This document shows, one piece after another, positions 1 to 9,329 of a stretch of DNA of 64,000 nt. The notes beneath the pieces were generated by a model. It worked only from the letters and a program-made list of their open reading frames with translations, was not told where the DNA came from and made no database searches. Position numbers and translations under genes: made by a program. The stretch covers positions 249,344-313,343 of the forward strand of contig MNCI01002152.1 of assembly GCA_015680685.1 (NCBI GenBank), given 5' to 3'. This stretch comes from Gnetum montanum (Eukaryota; Plantae; Gnetophyta). The first letter of the stretch is position 1. Every line of letters starts with the position of its first letter.

Positions 1-296
1 TCGCTCTATCAAAACCTAGAAGTGCAAAGGTAGGGTAGGGAGGAAAGCATAGGAGGGATTTTACAGATGTGAGGGAAAATAGGTTTGGGGAAGACTCAAG
101 CACGTGAACATGAAACTTTTACGAACAAGTCATAGCATCCTTCCGCGAATGTATTTGCGAGAGGTTACGCCATCATATTGTATATGGAGGGTTTGCGCGG
201 ACAAGTTGTGTTACACCCGCGTGGCCTGGATGAGTTGTTTTACATCCATTTTGCCAAACTTTGCCCTTTTTTTTGAACTACTTTCCACTAAGCGAA

Positions 297-1080
297 TTAC
301 ATAACACCAGTTTGTGGACACGAAGATGCAAAAGAGTTTCCTAAATGTTCATGCTCTGTACAAGCAAAGTGAGGGGTAAAGGTGGTCATGAGGACAAAGG
401 GAGGAGAAAATGAAGTAATGCGTCTGATGGAGGGAGAGGTAGGGTTTGCACTCCTAAGTGGCCAGGCTAGTCTGAGCAACCACTTCAGGACACTACGACA
501 CCTCACCTTCTGATGAATGCATTCTAAATCAAGGCTATCATCGCAAGTAGCTTGCAAAACATAACAGAGCAGAAGCAATCGTCCTAATCGCTAAGGAGGG
601 AGGCTGTTGAAACAAGCACCATCCAAAGCAAAAAGGAGAGCGTAGGCCATGAAAAAGGGACTGTAACAAGGAGCAAGCATCCCAATGTTGGTGCCGCGGT
701 TCATGTAGCTACCGTTGACAGCTAGATTCATCTTGCTCAAATGATTGGGCAAAGAACAAGTCAGATGAATCTGCTAGGCTGGAGCTTGGTGACGGCGATG
801 GATGGAGGCCGCTAAGACTATGGATGACCACAATTTCTTTGGGCCCCAAGTGGCAAAGTTAATCCTAGGAGTTGCAGCTATAGAGCGGTTGTCGTAGCAA
901 CATCTCAAAGGGGTCAGTAGTATGCCTTTCGGCAAGTTCGAGGAATCAGCAGGATGCCGGTGGGGTAACGGCGTTGCATCTATTCCAATGCCTGACCTGT
1001 TCCATATGGTAGGGATGCTGTGCAAGAATGACCACGCTTGCTTGCTTCATGGAATGCTTAGAAGATTCCACTTTTGAGTC
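297..1080 (-). pseudogene. Degenerate extra ORF downstream of Tat pol, unknown function
   Basis: ORFs 774-1025 and 297-578 share a frame; read-through gives ~243 codons with two internal TAG stops. No clear ATG. Confidence 0.5.
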
Positions 1081-1099
1081 CTGGTTGAGTGTTGTTGTT

Positions 1100-1438
1100 G
1101 GTTTTAAGCCTCAGTAGGCCGTGGTCCCGGTTTAACGTCTGGGCAAACTAGAACCTACTAGTTTTACATCATAGTGGACAGTGGAAGAGCTGGTTTATGG
1201 TCCCAGTAGACCATGCTATGGGTGTCAATTTTATGTTGTGACCCAGGGACAAGGCTATGCTAGTTTAGCATCTTAGCAGATGTATGCCTACCTTGCCAGT
1301 TTCACGTCATGGCGGACGGTCAGAAACTTTGCTAGTTTAGCATCTTGGCAGACGCGTGCAAGAAGTGCTAGTTTTATGTCGTAGTGGACGTGTACAACTT
1401 TGCCAGTTTTACATTGTAGCGGACGTTTGTTACCTTGT
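1100..1438. repeat. Degenerate ~35-36 bp tandem array in the Tat 3' UTR (about 8-10 units)
   Basis: Units start near 1157, 1189, 1224, 1260, 1296, 1332, 1368 and 1403; approximate core CYAGTTTWACGTCRTRGCGGACG with a variable tail. Confidence 0.8.
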
Positions 1439-1457
1439 GTTTGAGCTGAGTTGATGT

Positions 1458-3018
1458 TCAGATGTAATACTGCTTCAAATATAGATGATTTATTGGATTT
1501 GATAACTCGTTGTTGTCAATATCCACTAACTTGAATGCTCTGTTGCCGTATGCACCGATGACCAGGAAAGGGCCTTCCCAGTTTGTAGAGAACTTGCCTA
1601 CTGGTTCACGAATGGTCTTTAGAACTAAATATCCTTTCTTGATTGGTCATTGATGCAGGTTATGCTGATGCTTTTGTCTGTATTTATCCTGATATCTTTC
1701 GATGGTGTCGAGCGTCTGGATGCGTTTCTCCTCCACTGAGTCTAAATCCACGATTCTAGACTCATTGTGTTGAGTCTCATTTATAACCATGGATAGGACC
1801 ATCCGCAATGAGGGAACCTATAATTCCAAGGGCAACACTGCATCGGATCCGTAGACCAGGTTGTAGGGCATCCTGTCTGTGGTTGTTCTGCACATCGTAC
1901 GATGTGCCCATAGCACGTAGAGGATTTTTTCATGCCATCATTTTTTGTTATTGTTGAACATATTCTTAAGTATATTGATAATTACCTTGTTTGTCACTTC
2001 TTATTGACCATTCTCTTATGGGTAATAAGGTGAAGAAAAAGATTGCTTGATACCAAGATTATCGCAAAAAGATTTGGTTTCTGTGCTACTAAATTGTGGT
2101 CCGTTGTCAGTCACAATAGTCATAGGGAGCCCAAATCTAGTTACAATATTGTCTAAGATGAAATGGAAAAATTGTTGAGATGTAATCTTCCGTAGGGGGA
2201 TAGGTTCAAATCACTTTGTAAAATACTCAGTGGCGGTGATAATGAAGCTATGTCCTGCGAAAGATTTAGGCGCGATGGGACCTATGATGTCCAGTCCCAA
2301 TTGTTGGAATGGCCAAGTAATCTAGGTAGTGTGTAACTCAGTTGGTGACATGTGTATTTTGTTTGCATAACGCTAACATGTATCACACATCTTAACTTTG
2401 ATAAGGTAGTCTCTTTCCATGTATGGCCAATAGTACCCTAGGTGTCTAATTTTAGCAGCCATGGCTCGCTAGGCTATGTGTCCTTCACACAGCCCCTCGT
2501 GAACCTTGCTAACTATTCGCTGTGTTGATCATTATTAATGCAGGTGAGAAATACCCCATCAAAGTAGCGTCTACAGAGAGTACTGTCTCCAATGATGACG
2601 TATTGCCTGGCACGCTTGCGCACTGCATCCTTTTGTGCATGCGTTAGCTCGTGTAGTGGTTCACCATGCATAAGGTAAGTCTTAATGTTTTCATACCATT
2701 TTGGCATTCCCCCTATGTTTAATGAAGAAATCTATGCTTCTTGAATGACAGGATCTGTACATTCCATCATTAAAGCGGGCCAAGTGGCAAATAAGTGTGG
2801 TGACATGTTTAGTGCCAGTGTTGCCAGTGCATCGGCAATGACATTTTCGTTACGTGGCACATGTTGGGCATCAATCATCACAAATTGTTTCAAGAGATGT
2901 TTAGCCATATTGCAGTAGGGCTATAGGTGCACAGCATTGTAGGCATAGACTCTTGTGATTTGATTGATGATGAGCATCAAATCACCTCGGATCGCCAGGT
3001 GTTGAACGTTGAGCTGTC
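1458..3018 (-). pseudogene. pol: pol fragment (aRH-integrase) with premature stops
   Basis: ORF 2513-2707 (PKWYENIKTYLMHGE...RRYFDGVFLTC) plus integrase core motifs; ends NPINHLYLKQYYI* at 1458. Confidence 0.88.
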
Positions 3019-3508
3019 TCCATCATTTTCTTCCCATTACTTACCTCACTGTGATTTTTATGTTTTGAATGTCTATCGTACTTTGCTAGAACTTCTAATT
3101 CTTAGGCTGGTTCTCCTAGATGTGAGTATTACCTCGTGGTCACCATTAATTAACTATGGGGTCCATGGACTCCTATGTTGATAATGTGAAAGGGCTATTG
3201 AGGCTACTACCTGCTATGGGGAGGACCCACTTATACATCCTTTAGTTTTGTTTATTAATATCCTATCCCTTTGATATAGTTGGTTGATCATTTCTATGCT
3301 ACCCATTGTGCAACCCTTCATCCACTAAGTTCCATACTCTGATATTCTCCTAATTTTGACTCTTCCTTTGATCACAATTTTCCTTCCTTTTTCTCTCATA
3401 TTTTTCTTTGGTCTCAACATTCTCAAATCCCTTCAATGTTGTGCTACAATTCATAACTTTGGACTTTTAATTAATTGGTCAATGCTGGTCAACCCCATCA
3501 AACAACTG

Positions 3509-3597
3509 TGTCAATTAGGCTTCGTATATGCACCCACTATATTTACACTGCCTTGTTTATGGAGTCCCATCAATATAAGACAAAAATACTATATATA
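3509..3597 (+). promoter_or_regulatory. Putative internal promoter of ORF2 in A (phased palindrome remnants plus TATA)
   Basis: TATATATA 3590-3597 preceded by decayed CGTCGACG-like 8-mers at 3509, 3523, 3540, 3554 and 3568; donor AG|GTATGC at 3745 and acceptor TTGCAG directly before ATG 4055. Confidence 0.5.
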
Positions 3598-4054
3598 CCC
3601 ATGTTGCACCTTTGAAATTTATCCATTTCTTTAAAAGCTAGGGGAGATTTTTCATTTTCCTATGTCAAGTCTTCTTTTTGCACACTAAACGTGTCCACCA
3701 TGTGTCCCAATCTAACCATTCTTTCAACCCTTTTGCTACCGGAGGTATGCTATACATTGTTGGGGGGGGGGGGGGGGGGGGGGGGGAGGTCAATGATTAT
3801 TATGATTACAAAATTATATTGATTATCAAAGCCTTGACACCTCTTAGTGGATAGAAAAAAAAATAAACAATAAAACAATTACAAATTGAAACTCATCATG
3901 TTTTATTATTTTTTTCTAACCCCTCAACTACACTCCGAAGAACCTAATAGGATGCATGTGTCAATGTCATAGCTTGGTCAAAATGAGAAGGTGTAAGATT
4001 GCCATTTTGAGTAATTTATACACATTATAATTCATGGTTATGTTGTGATTGCAG

Positions 4055-6958
4055 ATGGCACCTAAATCGAGGCATCCAAGGGGAGAAAGATCGTCCCAAC
4101 CAAGGGACAAGTGACCTAGAATAGGAAGAGGATGAGGTGCATGACCTCAAGAGCATGCAAAGGGCTCACACACAACTAGCCCCCTCTGTGAAGGACCTGA
4201 CATGGAGTCTGTTCATTAGATTCTTGGAGAGGACATCCCCAGTAAACAATCGTGAAGGGATGCAAATTTGGTGGTAGCACCACGGCTTGAGGTCACCCTA
4301 ACCCAAGCCTATATTAATGCTATTAGGCCAAGGGAGCTACAACGAATGGTCCTTCAAGAGTTGAACTTTGGATTATTTCTAGAAAATGCACAAGAAGAAG
4401 TCAAAACTCAACTACAAAATTCTTCTATGTGGCCAATCATCACATTTAGTGGTGAATGGTACCTAGGAGAAACTTATCTCTTCTGGACATTTCAGTAACT
4501 AGGGTCTAGAGTAAGAATCAAAGACATTCATGTATCTTACTCTATATAAGTAATTGCACAAGCTCTTGGGTTTCTAGAGACCAGAGCTTACATGGCGGAG
4601 ATTCCCAAACAAGAAGATCCCGAAGTAAAATGGGAGTGTATTAGGCAGTTCTATGGGGTAGAATGTAAGGAGTTTGGTACACTAACCACCATAGATATGG
4701 TTTACTCAAAAATCATCTCTTATCACTTAAATCCAACGGTAAGACCCAACAAGATCACTGCCTTCTCTGCTCATTGATGTGCTACTCTAAGCAAAAAGTT
4801 TCTTGTTAACCTTCCATAGTTGCTTTTTCCTGAAATTAAGAAAAGATTTGCTAAAAAACAACATGGAAGGCGAGCTCTACCCTTTTCTTGCCTAATTAGA
4901 AAGTTGTATAAACAAGTAGGGATAGCATGATATGTCAATGATACATTGTGTTATGCCCCAATTGCCTCACGGTGAGAAATGATAAAAGACAAGACTCCTA
5001 CCACCACACAACTAAGGGAAGAGCAACAACCACCTCCACTACTTATATAAACAATAAGGTCAGGCTCATAGATGATCACAAAACACATACACAAGATTTA
5101 ACAATTGCTCTTGAGTCAGCAGGAGTAATCAGTAGGAATCAATGGTGGAGAATGCCCTTCGGTCTAGCACCCTGCAATGAGCCATCTTGAACAACTAGCT
5201 CAATCGACGAGTTTTCTAGAGAGAGCAGGGTTGATTTTTTTGTCACACGAACACAAGTGCCTACAAGAATAGACCCTAGTGTCTGAGAAGAAATGGTGTC
5301 CACCCAAAAATTATTTCCTAAAATTTTAGGANAAGAAGAAATGGTGTCCACCCAAAAATTATTTCCTAAAATTTTAGGAAATGTCGCTACTTTTTTAGTG
5401 CACTTGGAGGATGGAGAAGGGGCGACTATCTTGGTAATGCAAAACTAGGGATAAGAAGTTGCAGTAGAAGTGGTTGTTGACACAATTGCTATAGCCCTTA
5501 ATGCACCCATGGCACCTGTATGAAATGTACATGGACTTGAAGATATACAGATGTTCACAAGAACTCAACGTAATAGAATCAATGCATCCCAACATGAAGA
5601 GTTGTTGGACTGATTGGTGGGAACTAGACAATTGCTTCCAGATATTATTGATCTTTCAGAAAACATCACTACAATCTAGTTGAAGCTACTATTACCAAGG
5701 GGTAAGTGCCTTATCTTGGAGGGGCAACTTGAAGTAGCTCAGGGCGATCATCAACACTTGGCTATGGAAGTTGCCCAACTAAGGGACCAACTTGTTTATA
5801 TAGCTCTTCTCAACCATGAACTTACTACGGATGAAGATTTTTGAATAGCTTCAAACCAAACTTTAGATGGTTGAGAATGAGTGAGAGTCATCAATCTTTG
5901 ACAAGTCCTTGACAGATGCCCATTCTTACCATCTAAATAAGGACTTGGCAAAGGTTTGCTAGGAGAATGTTAGGTTGACCGCAGAAGTTCATTGCCTATG
6001 CCATGTTGGTGTTGAAATTCAACACATGAAAGATTTTATCGATCAACAATAGGAGGAGCTAGCTAGGGTAAACACTGATGTAAGGAGATTTGTGGTTGAA
6101 AATCGTAATTTGTCCATGGAGGAAGTTTGAGCCTTACAACAAAAATTAGCTATTGAAATCACTGCATGGAAAAATGAGGCCCTTAAGTTTGAACAAGTCA
6201 AAAATCATTATAGAGACCAAGTGGAATTGCAAAAGGAAGTAAATGAAAAAGAGATTCAGGTCGCAAAGGCTAACATGAACCAATAACTCCAATAGCTTAG
6301 AGAAGGAGGCAAGGTATGGCAACCCATCTTCGATGGATTGAATGCCTACAACCAAGCTGAGATCTGTCTTAAAGAGCTACAGATTGAAGAGATGATAGAA
6401 TACATGGAATTAGCCAATCTCTATTATGCAAACCAAGCTATGCTAATAGCTAGAAGGCTGCGGTTTGACCTAGAAAAGTAAGTGGCCACCTCATATTCTT
6501 TATATGAGGGTGAGTTCCAAGTGCATAAAGAAAGAAAAAAAAAGTTAGAAATAGTAAATGTGGAAATCAAAGTTCTCCACACCCATTTTGAAGGACAACA
6601 TGAAGTTGTAGAGAACTTGGCTTGATAAATGAATGACTACTAGTAGCTGCAAACATTGATCCGAATATTCGATATTAAACGAAAATAGTTTGCTACTTAG
6701 TTTGTCAATTTGAAGGAACTTTTTTCTGCACTTCCATGTTCTTGGGATGTTCCTATTCTGACACACATTGGCAAAGCTACCTAGGTAGTGAATGATCCCA
6801 GAAGTAAGGAAGATAAAATGAGGGCATTTTTGGAGGCTTTTCAATTGCCTCTAGAAGTTGTAGCTACTATAGGGCAACTATCATCAATGTCTCAACTGCC
6901 ACATGTGCCAGAAGCTTGTGAAGGCCCATCAAAACCACCGCCATTAGGGACGATGTGA
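4055..6958 (+). pseudogene. Athila env-like ORF2 of A: plant-transposon-protein domain plus long coiled-coil and conserved C-terminus
   Basis: Starts MAPKSR; motifs LQELNFGLFLE...SGEWYLGETYLFW and NLP.LLFPEIKK...ALPFSCLIRKLYKQVG; E/K/Q/L-rich region ~5700-6700; ends PPPLGTM*. Confidence 0.8.
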
Positions 6959-7195
6959 CATTTTCCAGCAACTTCAGAATTTTTGGTAGGGTGGAGAATC
7001 AATTGCTATCAAGGTGTTCAATTTTTTCTCTGAATACCACAATTTTGTAATTTATTTTTCTGTACACTTGGGCACTTGGTATGTCGATAGAGTCAGTGTT
7101 TGTGTAGATGTGTCTTGTTAATTGTGCTGTAATAACTTCATACCTTCCAAATTGTAATAAACTCAAGGAAAAGTTTCCATGTAGTCATGGAGGTA

Positions 7196-8127
7196 TGATG
7201 AAGTGTTCAGTTGATATGTTAATTGGGACACATTAATGGAGCCTCGTTGATGCAGCCACGATGACGTGACCCCATCAACATATCCATCTATGCATTAACA
7301 TGATCCCGTTAAGGCAGAGTCAGACTCTTACTATAAATATGCGCACACCCATAGAATTTATGGCATATTTTGAGTTAATTGTAGTGAAGTTCTTACAGTT
7401 TTTTTTGTACAAGTTAGAATATTTTCCAAGTGCCCACAGTAGGAGTGAGAAGGATGTACAAATCTTTATTCGAGCGCTAATGTACTTGAGCCCATTGGCA
7501 TGAGCGACAATAAAGATGAGCTTTTTGAACATTCCTTGTAGCATTTGGACTTAATTACTTAAGCATTAAAACACTTTAACATTTTAACAATTACTTAAGC
7601 ATTAAAACACTTTAACATTTTAACATTTTAAGCATTCCAAAGTCCTTTATTATTATTACTTTATGGTTATAGCCCTTTTCATAGTTTATAAGAACCATAG
7701 GCATGACCATCTTGAACATATACCTGACACTTGGCAACCTAGTGATGCTTAACATTTGGTAACCCAGTAGTGGTTAACGTATGCTTAGGGTGTGCACGAA
7801 AGATGGGATTAGATGCTTATGCTAGGGAGAGTTAAGCGATAGAGTAGAATAGTCACAAAATTATACCACTTTCCATTTCCTACACTAGAAGAATCAGACC
7901 TTAAAAGATAAAAAGAAAACTAATAAAAATCATTTACCTCAATCTCACTCAACCATCACTTTAGAATGTCACAAGTGAGGTTGGGAAGACAATGACCATT
8001 CTAATTAAGGTTTTGCTAGCTAGAATTTTGTGTACTTAAGTGTTTGTAGTCTACAGAATTTGACTGAGTCATGCATGCACGCTCGTGATTTGTATGGTTG
8101 GGCATAGGGGTACCTCACCTCTCATCA
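7196..8127 (+). repeat. 3' LTR of element A
   Basis: TGATG...CTCATCA termini, preceded by PPT; TATAAATA ~7333; homologous to the other Athila-like LTRs. Confidence 0.85.
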
Positions 8128-9005
8128 TAAGTTGACAAACCCTAGTACTAGTTAGATAAATAAAAGACTAATAAAAGAATTGTCGACAATGGCTATTATG
8201 AGTACCCATGACAACATTTCACATGCTACATTGAGCACAGATATGCTAGCATCCACGTGGGCTATGTATGTGATAGTATCGGTTTGTGAGTCATACTGGT
8301 TAGAATAAGTGTTCTATTGGGATTATGATTGTATGGATCATGGACTATTTATGGTATATCATGGATGTGATGACATGGGCATGATAGATGATGTCGAATC
8401 ATAAATTTATTTGTGATTGTGTGATTGCATGATAGTATGTTAGCTTTATGGGGAATATGGTGTGTGTTGTTTTAGCATGCATAAGACTAAGAGTGTTGTA
8501 GGTTGCCTTGAACCCCACTCCTCTCCTCTAGTGTAGCACTTTTTGACCATCTAGCAGGGGAAGTGTAAAGGCTTCTCACTTAGTTCTGTACTAACTTTAT
8601 TTAATTACATGTGAAAGGCACAGGAGCCTAGAAAAGCATGGAGAGGAAGGGTAGAGGAGGGGAAAATCTTCTATGCTTGGTTGATGTTTATTTTTATGTA
8701 CAGTAGTGTGGAATAGATACCCTTGTATGGAACTCTTTGTACTCTTCTATATATGATAATGAGGGTTATGTGTGTTTTTTTTTGTATTTTTGCAAAGTAG
8801 TGTATAGTTTGCTTTATGTAGAGACATGCATTTTTATAATGTGATATATATGTTTAGTTTTTGGTATGGTAGGAAAGTTTTGTATTGTTTGACTTTTCTT
8901 ATTATCATGGATTCTGCACATTATTGGTTCTATATATCATGCTTCCATGCTAAGATAACTTGATTCTAGGCATCACCCTACCCTATGTTAGGGCAAGGTG
9001 TTACA
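8128..9005 (+). repeat. Right part of Tekay 5' LTR
   Basis: Aligns to ~16793-17668; ends GGTGTTACA. Confidence 0.9.
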
Positions 9006-9008
9006 TTA

Positions 9009-9020
9009 TGGTATTGGAGC
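9009..9020 (+). promoter_or_regulatory. PBS (tRNA-iMet type, decayed TGGTATCAGAGC)
   Basis: TGGTATTGGAGC 3 nt after the LTR end. Confidence 0.8.
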
Positions 9021-9329
9021 TAGTTTACTCTGATGTGGTGTAATGGTGGGGGTACTCATCCATTTGTGTAATTTCAAGTTATAGAGATGTATAGTAGACA
9101 TGGTCATGGTGTCGGTGGGGCCTGTAGAATAGAAGGGCCTAATGATGGACAAGAATAGCCTTCTTAGACATCTAGTAGTGGTCTTGCAAATAGGTAGGTG
9201 GAGCTTATACAACAATTGTTATAGATCCTATAGTAGCATGTTGTAGCTAGTGATGTTCTTGCTCTTATTCCCATGATTATGGAAGTGGAAAGTGGTAGTG
9301 GTAGTGAAGGCTTAGGAGAAGCAAACGGG

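Larger units (their letters stand above)
1..3018 (-). mobile_element. Ty3/gypsy Tat-clade (Ogre/Retand-like domain order) fragment: end of aRH, integrase and 3' region; 5' half lost, 3' LTR not in window
   Basis: Minus-strand motifs GDLMLIINQI and QHVPRNENVIADALA (archaeal-type RNase H, ~2820-3018), WPFQQLGLDIIGP (integrase, ~2275-2315) and GKFSTNWEGPF (~1565-1600). Retains more CpG than its neighbours. Confidence 0.88.
3019..8127 (+). mobile_element. Athila-like element A, 3' half (spacer, env-like ORF2, PPT, 3' LTR), inserted in the Tekay 5' LTR
   Basis: Spacer motifs shared with B, C and E; ORF2; PPT-like GTAGTCATGGAGGTA; LTR TGATG...CTCATCA; sequence after 8127 resumes mid-way through the Tekay LTR (matches ~16793 onward). 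Confidence 0.85.

Noticed and set aside
1100-1438. CRISPR-like repeat/spacer appearance
   Set aside because: Repeats are degenerate, spacers are only ~12 nt, there are no cas genes, and the array lies in a plant retrotransposon 3' UTR.
3180-3700. Possible minus-strand coding remnant with a Cys motif
   Set aside because: The region aligns with the non-coding spacer and ORF2 promoter of B, C and E.
3762-3786. Poly-G runs (also 36430-36460) as G-quadruplex elements
   Set aside because: They are not conserved in sister copies, one abuts an N gap, and homopolymer length is unreliable.
5286-5379. ~46-bp perfect duplication in ORF2 of A
   Set aside because: The copies flank a single N (5332) and the homologous region in B is single, so it is most likely a contig-overlap artifact.
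7553-7630. ~36-bp local duplication in the A LTR
   Set aside because: It is a simple slippage-type duplication in an AT-rich tract and is not shared by the other LTR copies.
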